Position numbers and translations under genes: made by a program
Shown: piece after piece, positions 9,935 to 19,371 of the stretch
Numbering within the stretch: the stretch's first letter is position 1
Layout: the number at the start of each line of letters is the position of its first letter
Notes under the pieces: model-generated
What the model was told of the DNA's origin: nothing
Databases searched by the model: none
The model's input: the letters and a program-made list of their open reading frames with translations, nothing else
Source: an uncultured bacterium
Lineage (GTDB): Bacteria; Patescibacteriota; Saccharimonadia; Saccharimonadales; UBA4665
Length of the DNA: 64,000 nt
Direction: 5' to 3'
Assembly: GCA_963762395.1 (NCBI GenBank)
Contig: CAVXKL010000004.1
Location: forward strand, 227,673 to 291,672

Positions 9935-11638
9935 ATGGACGAACAAACAAATCAAAATCAAGCTGCGGTTTCAGGAACCTCTAGTCAAGACTCTGGTCAA
10001 TACGATGAGCAATTACTAAAAACAGTCCTGCTCAATGGCCAGTTTATGGACCAACTAGGTATCGAAAGAGCCGAAAACTACATTGCTGCTCATCACACCA
10101 GCTTATTCGATTATCTGCTCAATCAAAACGTCGTAGCTTATGATTTGCTGGGCCATGCGCTGGCTCAGTATTACGGGGTCGAATCAGCCGATTTAGGAAT
10201 TTACCAGCCGAGCAAAGAACACATTAATATGATCCCGCCTGACATCGGCCAGGAATTCAGGGTAGTTGTCTATAAGATAAACGATAATCAGATCACCGTC
10301 GCTACAGATAACCCTAAAAAAGCCGGGTTAAACGAAGCCCTGGCCAAGATCTTTCCCGGCAAAGAAGTACGTATTTGTTATGCCCTGCCGGATGACTTAA
10401 ATGAATCGCTAGTTCACTACCGTAAGCCACTGGCTACTCGCTTTAACCAGATAATCCAAGAACAAGATCGTGTTGCTCCAGAAATTATTGACGAAATCAT
10501 CAAAGACGCCACGGCTTACAAAGTTTCAGATATCCACTTTGAACCTATGGAAGACATAGTGGTGATACGTTTTCGTATTGACGGATTGCTTCATGAAGCT
10601 GGTCAGCTCCAAAAGCAATATTATGAAACAATCTTAAACCGCTTAAAAGTCCAGGCTCATATGCGGATTGACGAACACAACATGAGTCAGGATGGGGCCA
10701 TTAGATACGATGTTGACGGCAAACCGGTTAATGTCAGAATATCGATTATTCCAACACTAGACGGTGAAAAAGTCGCCCTCCGTTTGTTGGCCGAATACTC
10801 GAGAGGCTTAAACGTTAAAAATCTTGGTCTATCCAGCCGTGACCGTCAGATTTTCGATCACCAGATCCACCGGCCTTACGGCATGATAATTACTACCGGA
10901 CCAACTGGCTCTGGCAAGACAACTACTCTTTACTCCTTGCTTAAACTCATTAACAATCCCGAGATTAATGTCACGACTATTGAAGACCCAGTCGAGTATA
11001 AGATCTTAGGTGTCAACCAAATCCAGGTTAACATCCAAACTAAATTAACGTTTTCAGAGGGACTTAAATCGATGGTCCGCCAAGACCCTGACGTTATATT
11101 GGTCGGTGAAATAAGAGATAACGAGACTGCCGAGTTAGCAGTTAATGCCGCCCTGACCGGCCACCTGTTATTTTCAACATTCCACTCGAATGATGCTGCA
11201 TCAGCTATTCCCAGACTGCTGGATATGGGGGTTGAACCATTTTTGCTGGCAAGTACCCTAAATCTAGTTATTGCTCAAAGGTTAGTCCGAACGATTCACC
11301 AAGCCTGCCGGGCAAGTTTTGTTGTACCACTGGATCAAATCAGAAAGACATTGCCCGATCCCGAGAAGTACTTTAAAGGACCCAATGTCACGCTCTATCG
11401 TGGCCAGGGATGTGAAGGTTGCAACTTTACAGGCTATCATGGACGAATCGCTATTTTTGAACTAATAAATGTTACACCACAAATGAAGGAACTAATCTTA
11501 ACTAATCCTTCAACTAATCAGATTGAGCAGCTGTCTAGGGCTCAAGGTGATCACAACTTGTTCTCTGACGGTATCGAAAAGGTTGAATCAGGAGTGACTA
11601 CCTTAGAAGAACTTCAACGGGTAGCGGAGCCCAAATAA
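9935..11638 (+). CDS. pilB: type IV pilus assembly ATPase PilB (GspE family)
   Basis: Walker A GPTGSGKTTT, Walker B/Asp box DPDVILVGEIRD, His box GHLLFSTFHSND and a C-terminal Cys cluster (CRASF...CEGCNFTGYHGR). Confidence 0.93.
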   Translation: MDEQTNQNQAAVSGTSSQDSGQYDEQLLKTVLLNGQFMDQLGIERAENYIAAHHTSLFDYLLNQNVVAYDLLGHALAQYYGVESADLGIYQPSKEHINMIPPDIGQEFRVVVYKINDNQITVATDNPKKAGLNEALAKIFPGKEVRICYALPDDLNESLVHYRKPLATRFNQIIQEQDRVAPEIIDEIIKDATAYKVSDIHFEPMEDIVVIRFRIDGLLHEAGQLQKQYYETILNRLKVQAHMRIDEHNMSQDGAIRYDVDGKPVNVRISIIPTLDGEKVALRLLAEYSRGLNVKNLGLSSRDRQIFDHQIHRPYGMIITTGPTGSGKTTTLYSLLKLINNPEINVTTIEDPVEYKILGVNQIQVNIQTKLTFSEGLKSMVRQDPDVILVGEIRDNETAELAVNAALTGHLLFSTFHSNDAASAIPRLLDMGVEPFLLASTLNLVIAQRLVRTIHQACRASFVVPLDQIRKTLPDPEKYFKGPNVTLYRGQGCEGCNFTGYHGRIAIFELINVTPQMKELILTNPSTNQIEQLSRAQGDHNLFSDGIEKVESGVTTLEELQRVAEPK

Positions 11639-11641
11639 GCC

Positions 11642-12925
11642 TTGGAAGACAATAAGACAACAAATAACTTAGTCGCCAACGGTAGTACACAGGCTATAGT
11701 CGATCCGCCTATAACGCCAAAGCAGCCAAACAACACGATTAGTGGAGATGCTGTTTTGCCGGCCATAAAACAGGGTACTGAAGCTTCTCAATCCAGGCCT
11801 GAACAACAAGATAAACTGCCCCCAGCTGAAAAACCCAAAGCTAAACCCAAAAAAAAGTTATTTGGCGGCATTGACCGAGATACCGGCGAATACTTTATGG
11901 ACGGTTTAAGTATGCTCTTACCAGCCGGTGTCAGTATTGGCGAAGCATTGGAATCTATCAACGCCGAAATAACTCGTAAATCTGTTAAGAAAGCCATCTC
12001 AAAGGTGAGGGTTGAGGTTGATGAAGGGGTGCCGTTTTCTGAAGCCATTGCCCAAACCGGCCTGTTTAATCCATCAGTAGTGACTTTAATTCAGGTCGGT
12101 GAATCAACCGGTCGCTTACCGCAAAACCTAAAAGTTGTTGCCGAGCAAATGCATAAAAATAACCAAATGAGCTCCCGAATTAGGTCAGCCATGCTTTATC
12201 CGTCAGTATTAGTCTGCTTACTATTTGTAGTAGGTACCGGGATCGGTGTCTTTCTACTACCAAAATTACTGACTGTTATTCAGTCGCTTCATGAAAAGGT
12301 TGGTCCAATTACCGATGGCCTGATTATATTTGGTAAGTTTTTCGGTCATTACGGACTGCTGCTGGCAGGACTGATCGTGCTTTTCGCCGCTGCTTTATAC
12401 GTGGCTGTTAAACTAAATCAAAAGGTAAGAGCAGCTACCGAAGTTATAATTTTTCACATACCCGGAATAAAAACTTTGCTCTTTCAGACCGAGGTTGCCA
12501 GATTCGGTTTCATATTAGGTTCAATGCTAGAAGCCGGTTTGCCGGTTATTACCGCCCTTCAATCTCTAATCAGCTCAATGTCTACCGCTCGGTACAAATC
12601 ATTTTCAACCAAACTTTATGATGAAGTCGATGAAGGAAGTTCTTTTACCAAAATACTGCAAAGGCCTGAAAATCGAGAATTATTATCGGGCACAGTATGT
12701 CAGATAATAATTAGTGCTGAAAAATCCGGTAACCTAGATAAAAGTTTGCTTAAAATTGGCGATAGTTATCAGGATAAAGCAGATATAACAGCTAAGAATC
12801 TGGAAACATTACTGGAACCGGTGGTACTGATCATAATCGCCGTAGCAGTACTGTTTGTAGCCCTGGCCGTCTTTTTGCCAATCTATTCCACGATAGGACA
12901 GTTTAACACTCAAGCTGGCACATAA
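11642..12925 (+). CDS. pilC: type IV pilus platform protein PilC (GspF family)
   Basis: Two T2SSF-like repeats with three TM segments. It lies immediately downstream of pilB. TTG start, with an N-terminal low-complexity extension. Confidence 0.88.
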   Translation: MEDNKTTNNLVANGSTQAIVDPPITPKQPNNTISGDAVLPAIKQGTEASQSRPEQQDKLPPAEKPKAKPKKKLFGGIDRDTGEYFMDGLSMLLPAGVSIGEALESINAEITRKSVKKAISKVRVEVDEGVPFSEAIAQTGLFNPSVVTLIQVGESTGRLPQNLKVVAEQMHKNNQMSSRIRSAMLYPSVLVCLLFVVGTGIGVFLLPKLLTVIQSLHEKVGPITDGLIIFGKFFGHYGLLLAGLIVLFAAALYVAVKLNQKVRAATEVIIFHIPGIKTLLFQTEVARFGFILGSMLEAGLPVITALQSLISSMSTARYKSFSTKLYDEVDEGSSFTKILQRPENRELLSGTVCQIIISAEKSGNLDKSLLKIGDSYQDKADITAKNLETLLEPVVLIIIAVAVLFVALAVFLPIYSTIGQFNTQAGT

Positions 12926-13389
12926 TGAGACGCAAAATGCTCAGCCTTAGGCCATTAGGTCAAGCTGGCTACACCCTTATAGAAGAAATATTGGTAGTCG
13001 GAATAATTGCCGTTCTCGCTGTTTTTACATTGCCGGTATATAGCAACCTGCAAAACAGCAATGGACTGGATGTCACCGTTAATACATTAGTCCAGGATTT
13101 ATACCAAGCCCAGATATTAAGCCGCGATGAAGAAAACAATGCATCATATGGTGTTTATGTCACCAACCAGACAATTACTATGTATGCCGGCAGCAGCTAT
13201 GCGACCAGGAACACTGCGACTGCCAACGTTTTTACCATGCCGGTCAATATAACCGTCAGCGGACTATCCGAAGTGGATTTTTCTAAGCTTTACGGTTTTC
13301 CGTCAACTACCGGAACCTTCACCTTAACAGATAACAGTGCTTCAAGAGTAGTAACAATTAACTCCATGGGGATGGTGGATTACTCATGA
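12925..13389 (+). CDS. type IV pilin-like protein
   Basis: PLGQAG/YTLIEEILVVGIIAVLAVF is a prepilin motif with Glu5. Confidence 0.75.
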   Translation: MRRKMLSLRPLGQAGYTLIEEILVVGIIAVLAVFTLPVYSNLQNSNGLDVTVNTLVQDLYQAQILSRDEENNASYGVYVTNQTITMYAGSSYATRNTATANVFTMPVNITVSGLSEVDFSKLYGFPSTTGTFTLTDNSASRVVTINSMGMVDYS

Positions 13390-15161
13390 AAGTTAATCTA
13401 AAGGCGACAGACCAAAATGGTTTCTTACTGATAGAGATAATACTGGCAATTGCTATTTTTGCCATGCTGGCCTTTGTAGCCTTATCCGCCTTTATCTACG
13501 GGCGGGACGCTACGGTGGTTTCTGGAAATAATATGATAGCTTCTGAGATTGTTAACGAATCAATTGAAGCTGTCCACAACATATCCGACAGCAATTACTT
13601 AAACTTAAGTAACTATACTAACGGTACCGAATATTACCTACAGCAGACTGGGACTCAATGGTCGCTTTCCTCTTCACCGACTTTAATAAATGGCTTGTAT
13701 ACACCAGCCGTAGTCTTTTCAGCTGGCCCAATCAGCGATAGCCGTCAGATTACCGTAACAGTGACCTGGAAAGAAGACATTGCCCGTAATGGCTCACTGT
13801 CAGCAACAACATATATGTCCAACTGGTCGGCAGGTACCTCGAACCCCGTTCAAACACGTACGGGCCTGTTAGTTTACGCTAACGGCGGCGATACCAAAGA
13901 GCTAATAGATTATCAGCTGCTGCAGTCCACTGGCACCTGGACCAATCCATCACCGCTGCCAGCTTTTGATCCTAAGACAGATAACGAAGTTGCCGAGTCG
14001 GTTAAACTTTATCCGGCTCAGACAGGTAACAACAAAGTAATGCTTGCCAGACTGTATGATTCGTCAAAACAGTATTTATACGGCATAGTTTGGAATGGCA
14101 CAAGTTGGGGCAATGTCCAACTGCTAACTTCATGGTCTAGCTCTGGCTTTGATGCTAGCGGTAACTTTAGCGGCGGCTACATGGCTAATGGCACATTTGT
14201 GGCAGTCTATGACGACAATACCAACACACCTAAATACAACACCTGGAATGGTACCACCTGGAGCGCCCAGGGTGCCCTTTCGGCTATTAGTTCAGATAAA
14301 AATGACTATCCGGAGTCGATGATAGTCGAGGCTCGTCCCGGAGCTAATGAAGCTATGGTAGTGATGCTTGGCGCGGACAGCGAAACGGTCGCCAGCTTCT
14401 ATAACGGGACCAATTGGTCGGCCAATACGACACTAGCTGCCAATGGTACATCCGGCAGTACTAAAAACGTCGATTTTGCCTGGAGTCCATTCAATAATCT
14501 TCAGGGTGCAGCCGTATTTACTAACAGCTCAACTGACCAATCTCTTCAATTCAGTATCTTCACCGATAACGGCAAAGGATCCGGTAGCTGGGGTTCGACT
14601 ATCTCGACCACGGCTCAACCTAGTGGATCACAGTCAGTGACCAATAGCATTGTCGCTCAGCCCCTAGCAAGCGAAGAATGGATCGGCTGCGACAAAGATA
14701 ATCTATCAACCCAGCACATCTATTGCTATACACTGACGCCTAGCAGTGTCAGCAAACCGACAAATCAAATAATAGCCTCAAACAATAATGATGGCCAGCA
14801 GCAAAGCGCTGATCTGGGCTTCGGTCTGTTATCCGGCACAACTGGTTTAATTGCTTACTCTAACGATACGTCTTCAACACAACTTAAAACATTTAACTCG
14901 TCAACCAATACCTGGGAATCAACCTCACTTGCCGCACCAAATGCATCGACCACTATATATAAAACCCATATCATACCGGAGCCTGGTTCCAATGATGCCA
15001 TGGTATTAATGATCGACGGTAATGACAATCTTTACTCAATTATGTATAACGCCACGAGCAATAGTTACTACACTACGCCAACAAACTTCGCCTGGACTAT
15101 TCATAATGCCGACGGTCCAAGCATTGATTCTAAATGGTTTGATTTTGCATGGGACCAATAA
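13386..15161 (+). CDS. pilin-like protein fused to a large repeat (beta-propeller-like) domain
   Basis: TDQNG/FLLIEIILAIAIFAMLAF is a prepilin motif. About 430 C-terminal residues carry a recurring motif every 50-60 aa (VWNGTSWG, TWNGTTWS, FYNGTNWS, GSGSWGS, SSTNTWES). Confidence 0.75.
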   Translation: MKVNLKATDQNGFLLIEIILAIAIFAMLAFVALSAFIYGRDATVVSGNNMIASEIVNESIEAVHNISDSNYLNLSNYTNGTEYYLQQTGTQWSLSSSPTLINGLYTPAVVFSAGPISDSRQITVTVTWKEDIARNGSLSATTYMSNWSAGTSNPVQTRTGLLVYANGGDTKELIDYQLLQSTGTWTNPSPLPAFDPKTDNEVAESVKLYPAQTGNNKVMLARLYDSSKQYLYGIVWNGTSWGNVQLLTSWSSSGFDASGNFSGGYMANGTFVAVYDDNTNTPKYNTWNGTTWSAQGALSAISSDKNDYPESMIVEARPGANEAMVVMLGADSETVASFYNGTNWSANTTLAANGTSGSTKNVDFAWSPFNNLQGAAVFTNSSTDQSLQFSIFTDNGKGSGSWGSTISTTAQPSGSQSVTNSIVAQPLASEEWIGCDKDNLSTQHIYCYTLTPSSVSKPTNQIIASNNNDGQQQSADLGFGLLSGTTGLIAYSNDTSSTQLKTFNSSTNTWESTSLAAPNASTTIYKTHIIPEPGSNDAMVLMIDGNDNLYSIMYNATSNSYYTTPTNFAWTIHNADGPSIDSKWFDFAWDQ

Positions 15162-15165
15162 AACT

Positions 15166-15702
15166 ATGAAGACGAAACATAAGAAAAACTATATCGCCGG
15201 TTTCACGCTTATTGAAGTGATGTTATACATTGCCATTTTTTCAGCAATTATTATGGTCATTGTCGCTCTGGCTATTAATTCGGTTGCCGAGCGACAGAAA
15301 AACGAAGTCTTTACGGCTGTTAATTACCAAGGTGAAGCCACAATGGAGATAATTGAGCAGGATATCCATGAAGCCAGCAGTATTACCTCACCAAATAGTG
15401 GCAATACAGCCAGTGCCATCCAGTTAAATATGCCGCAAACCTCCGTTAATCCGACTATTTTTAGTACATATAATGATGGTTCAACAAGTCACCTTGAAAT
15501 TAGTCAGGGCAGTCCGTCAGTTAATACCTATCTGACCAATTCGCATGTCAGTTTATCTAACCTAACTTTCACAAATGAAGGACTGGGCGGAACCAACGGC
15601 TCAGTTCGAATCAGTTTTAGTCTTTCATATAAGAGCACTTCGACTCTGGAAGAATTTACTTACCAAAATACTTTTTACGGAGCAGCCAGCATACCCCAAT
15701 GA
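15166..15702 (+). CDS. type IV pilin-like protein
   Basis: MKTKHKKNYIAG/FTLIEVMLYIAIFSAII. ATG 15166 is preferred over the track start at 15022, which runs through the 3' end of the previous gene. Confidence 0.75.
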   Translation: MKTKHKKNYIAGFTLIEVMLYIAIFSAIIMVIVALAINSVAERQKNEVFTAVNYQGEATMEIIEQDIHEASSITSPNSGNTASAIQLNMPQTSVNPTIFSTYNDGSTSHLEISQGSPSVNTYLTNSHVSLSNLTFTNEGLGGTNGSVRISFSLSYKSTSTLEEFTYQNTFYGAASIPQ

Positions 15703-16118
15703 GTAAACCTATTAACAAATCAAACGACGGCTACATAGTTCTAATAACTGTTCTTATACTGGGCGTAGTAATGGCTACGATTGCCGTATTCTTGCTTCTA
15801 ACCGGCTCAAATGCCAGCATAACTGCCCAGGCGACCGATGGAGGCGTGGATGCCAAAGCTGCGGCCACCGGCTGTGCCGAATTAGCTCTGGCAGCTATTC
15901 AGGCAAATCCTACCCTGACTACCCCAAGTAGTGGCTCGTCAACCCTTAGTGCTTCGGATACCTGCACTTACAGTATTAGTGGCAGCTCACCCAGCTACAC
16001 AATTACCGCTAGTGGTATGTATGTTGAAGGCACTAATACGCTTTACCACAACCTAACCGTTAAAACATCCCAGACCACGCCGTCAATAGTCATTAGCAGT
16101 TGGCAGGATACCCCTTAA
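15699..16118 (+). CDS. PilX-like pseudopilin (no Glu5)
   Basis: KSNDG/YIVLITVLILGVVMATIAVFLLL. It overlaps the upstream pilin gene by 4 nt. Confidence 0.6.
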   Translation: MSKPINKSNDGYIVLITVLILGVVMATIAVFLLLTGSNASITAQATDGGVDAKAAATGCAELALAAIQANPTLTTPSSGSSTLSASDTCTYSISGSSPSYTITASGMYVEGTNTLYHNLTVKTSQTTPSIVISSWQDTP

Positions 16119-16136
16119 GCCAATATAATTACAATT

Positions 16137-16877
16137 ATGGACAGATATAAAATTTCACAATCAAATATAAAGCAGCAACTGTCTAAACCTATTAAATCTG
16201 CCCGGTCAACTACCAATCGGATAAAAAGCATAAACAGTAAACAGGCAATAGGACTAGTAAGTGGCGCATTGGTTCTCATGGCCATCGGTATATTAATCGG
16301 TATTTTTGGTTTCAACAGTAAACCAAAGTCGTCTCCAGCTGAATCTGGTTCTAGCCTAACAACAGCTACAAAGTCCGCTTCGGCCATATCGACTTCAGCC
16401 TATAATGCCCTGACAACCAGTGTAGCTAATAAGAATCTATCCATACTTGGCTCTTACTGTGCGCCGAATGTTCATGTCGAAATTGTTGAGTCAGGCGTGA
16501 ATGAAACGATCAGCTGTAAACAAGCAGCCTCGTTAATAGACAGTGCTATTCAGGATGCAAAAAACCCTTGGAACTTTCATTTGCCCGAATCAGATATATC
16601 GGCTTGGCAGACAGGGCCATACGGCCAAGCATTAAGCGGTACTGATATAGTCGGTGAATCATCTAACGGCGAAGTAATCAGTATAGGTTTTAATAACGGC
16701 GGCCAAGTCACTACAGTTATAGTCGTGCCGGTTGGCTTGCTTACACCGACTCCGACATCTAATTCAGCAACCAATAAAGCTTCCAATACCTCCGGTAGCA
16801 ATACGAGCACCTCTAAAGGATCAGATACTTTTAATCTGCCTCCAGGCAATCCTGTTCCAAGCGGAGCCATAGATTAG
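16137..16877 (+). CDS. hypothetical membrane-anchored protein within the pilus operon
   Basis: Single TM helix (GLVSGALVLMAIGILIGIFGF) and an S/T-rich C-terminus. It sits between the PilX-like gene and the major pilin. Confidence 0.45.
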   Translation: MDRYKISQSNIKQQLSKPIKSARSTTNRIKSINSKQAIGLVSGALVLMAIGILIGIFGFNSKPKSSPAESGSSLTTATKSASAISTSAYNALTTSVANKNLSILGSYCAPNVHVEIVESGVNETISCKQAASLIDSAIQDAKNPWNFHLPESDISAWQTGPYGQALSGTDIVGESSNGEVISIGFNNGGQVTTVIVVPVGLLTPTPTSNSATNKASNTSGSNTSTSKGSDTFNLPPGNPVPSGAID

Positions 16878-16995
16878 TAGTCCTTTAGACATTAAAGTGT
16901 CCAATAGACCTCAGACAATTACTTGCAAGCGCTTATGCTTAGTAGTATCATTGACCCGTAAACATAATAAATTTAACTATATATAAAGGGCACCA

Positions 16996-17517
16996 ATGTA
17001 TAGACAATTAAAAAACGAAGGCTTTACGCTTATCGAAGTTTTGCTAGTCGTGGCAATTATCGCCATACTAGCAGGAGTAGTAATCTTAGCTGTTAACCCG
17101 GCAAAACAGCTAGCCAACACTCGTAATGCTCAAAGAGACGAGAACGTAACAACAATTCTGGATGCTGTATATCAATACGAAATAGATAACAAGGGGGCAT
17201 TACCCAGCACGACAGCCAACCCCATAACTACGACCCTAGAACCTATATGTGTTGCTAGTTCTACTGGTACTAACCCAACATGTCCATCAGGCGACGTCGA
17301 TCTATCTTCCTTAACTGCCAACGGTACATACTTGACAGCTATTCCCACAGACCCATCTTGGGCCTCAGGGGCTTCTTGTACTTTGAGTGGTACTACCTAT
17401 AATTACAATGCTGCAACCTCTGGTTACTTAATACAAGAGACAAGCACCACAACTCCTCGCATAACCGTTACTGCACCATGCGCCGAACAAGGTGCAACCG
17501 TCAGCGTAACTCGCTAA
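16996..17517 (+). CDS. type IV major pilin (PilA-like)
   Basis: Short leader MYRQLKNEG/FTLIEVLLVVAIIAILAGVVILAVNP and paired Cys in the C-terminal domain. It has its own intergenic region and an RBS-like aaaggg upstream. Confidence 0.8.
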   Translation: MYRQLKNEGFTLIEVLLVVAIIAILAGVVILAVNPAKQLANTRNAQRDENVTTILDAVYQYEIDNKGALPSTTANPITTTLEPICVASSTGTNPTCPSGDVDLSSLTANGTYLTAIPTDPSWASGASCTLSGTTYNYNAATSGYLIQETSTTTPRITVTAPCAEQGATVSVTR

Positions 17518-17537
17518 AGACCAATACTAACTAAAGA

Positions 17538-18677
17538 TCAATCAGCCAGGCTATCAACACCGATAGCTTGGTTGATGTGATTATAGCCGTCATGCTTCAG
17601 GAGAGTCACTAAATTATAGTTAATCTGACCGATTAGCTGCGGGCCTTCGTAAACCATGCCGGTTATAAGCTCAACCAGGCTAGCACCTAGCTTAATTTTG
17701 GTATAGGCATCTTCAGCCGAGAAAATACCGCCGACACCAATAATCGTGAAACGATGCTGGTATTTTTGATATGTTTTGCTAATTAACTGGTTGCTTAATG
17801 CCCAGGTTGGTTTACCGCTTAAATTACCTTTGACGCTAGCCGGTAATGGGTCTAGTAATTTTATCTGGCTTCGGTCTTTGGCTAGATTACCAATAGTTAC
17901 ACCGCTGACTTTATGCTTGCTGGCTACCATTAGCAGGGAATCGAACTTTGACCATGGTAAATCACAGGGCATCTTAATAAACACCGGCTGGGTTAGTTTT
18001 AAATCATCGACTTCCTTAAGTAGGCGTTCCAATCGAGTCGGTGTAGTGAATGGTTCACCGCCGTAAGCATTGGGACAAGATATGTTTAGGGTAATCATTT
18101 TGCCAACACTAGCCTGCTGGATGACCTTAAGGCTGCCAACATAGTCAGCGATCGCCTCGGTATCACTACAGACTTCCGGGACATTGGTCTTGGCCACCGA
18201 GATATTAATCGGGAAGTTTTTAAATGTCTTTGGTGGGTAATTTTGTAAACGACTAATAATGTCATCAACACCCTTATTGGCCAGACCGGCATAGACTACT
18301 AGCGATTGGCTGTTTGGCAAACGGTGAAACCAAGGTCGCGGATTACCGACGCAGGGTCGGTAAGTTAATGAACCGCCCTCCATAAAACCAAAACCGATGG
18401 CCTTAAACAATAGCAGCAATTCAAAATTTTTATCATAACCGGCCGATAAGCCAACCGGATTACGAAAAGTAATACCATGGATTTTTTGGCGCAGGAATGC
18501 CGGGTTGTCATAAGCCCAAGCTGCTGTCAAAAGTTGTCTTAAACTACTGGAACGCTGCACTAATGAACCGACCACTAGTGTCCACTGGTGCACCGGATCG
18601 GGTTTTATTTTAAACAACAGAGGCTTAACAACATGTCGATAGGTCTGGCTGCTAACTGATCCAATTAACCGATTCAT
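17538..18677 (-). CDS. pyrD: dihydroorotate dehydrogenase, class 2 (quinone-type)
   Basis: FRNPVGLSAGYDKN, NISCPN and GVGGIFSAEDAYTKIKLGASLVELITGMVYEGP motifs, plus an N-terminal extension typical of class 2 enzymes. Confidence 0.85.
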   Translation of the reverse strand: MNRLIGSVSSQTYRHVVKPLLFKIKPDPVHQWTLVVGSLVQRSSSLRQLLTAAWAYDNPAFLRQKIHGITFRNPVGLSAGYDKNFELLLLFKAIGFGFMEGGSLTYRPCVGNPRPWFHRLPNSQSLVVYAGLANKGVDDIISRLQNYPPKTFKNFPINISVAKTNVPEVCSDTEAIADYVGSLKVIQQASVGKMITLNISCPNAYGGEPFTTPTRLERLLKEVDDLKLTQPVFIKMPCDLPWSKFDSLLMVASKHKVSGVTIGNLAKDRSQIKLLDPLPASVKGNLSGKPTWALSNQLISKTYQKYQHRFTIIGVGGIFSAEDAYTKIKLGASLVELITGMVYEGPQLIGQINYNLVTLLKHDGYNHINQAIGVDSLAD

Positions 18678-18878
18678 ATACTAAAACTATAACGCTATTT
18701 GTTTAATTACTCTACAATAATCAGACGTTAACGATTGCTGCCGTCATCGCCACTTTAAATGTTACCCGCTACCTAAATAGGGCTGCTCTTTAATTGTTAG
18801 CTACAACCCACCAAAATAATTTATCATTTACATTCAGAACTAATACCTTTAAAATTCTAGTATAAGGAGATTATCTAA

Positions 18879-19076
18879 ATGGGGAAATTTGAAGAAGTAT
18901 TAATTATAGTACTAATTATTCTGTTATTGTTTGGCGCTAAAAAGATTCCTGATCTAGCAAGGAGTATTGGCCAGGCTGCCAAAGAAGTCCGAAAAGGCTT
19001 TACTGAAGGCAATAGCGATGACGCTTCTAAAAGTGACGCCAAAACCAAAGACAAAAATACTAGCAAAAAATCCTAA
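18879..19076 (+). CDS. tatA: twin-arginine translocase subunit TatA/E
   Basis: LIIVLIILLLFGAKKIPDLARSIGQAAKEVRKGF is a canonical TatA TM helix plus amphipathic helix. RBS aaggag lies upstream. Confidence 0.85.
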   Translation: MGKFEEVLIIVLIILLLFGAKKIPDLARSIGQAAKEVRKGFTEGNSDDASKSDAKTKDKNTSKKS

Positions 19077-19150
19077 GACATTTTACTACTCTAATTATTT
19101 ACATTAATAGTCATAGAGCTTACACTTAAAGCGTAAGTTAGAGGAGTAGT

Positions 19151-19339
19151 ATGGGAAAAATTGAAGAACTACTAATTGTTCTACTAATCATATTGCTGCT
19201 ATTTGGAGCTAAGCGTATACCGGAACTGGCCCGAAATATTGGCCAGTCAATGCGCGAAGTCCGAAAAGGTTTTAATGGGGACGTCAATGACGAACCAGTT
19301 GAACCGGAAACAAAGCAAGAAGCCGACACAACTAAATAA
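19151..19339 (+). CDS. tatA: twin-arginine translocase subunit TatA/E (tandem paralogue)
   Basis: LLIVLLIILLLFGAKRIPELARNIGQSMREVRKGF. RBS gaggag lies upstream. Confidence 0.85.
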   Translation: MGKIEELLIVLLIILLLFGAKRIPELARNIGQSMREVRKGFNGDVNDEPVEPETKQEADTTK

Positions 19340-19371
19340 GGAGTTTTTTAAAATACAGAAATCAGACAAAA

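Noticed and set aside
15022-15165. Upstream extension of the pilin gene to the track start at 15022.
   Set aside because: It overlaps the last 140 nt of the preceding gene. The prepilin leader begins naturally at ATG 15166 (MKTKHKKNYIAG/FTLIE).
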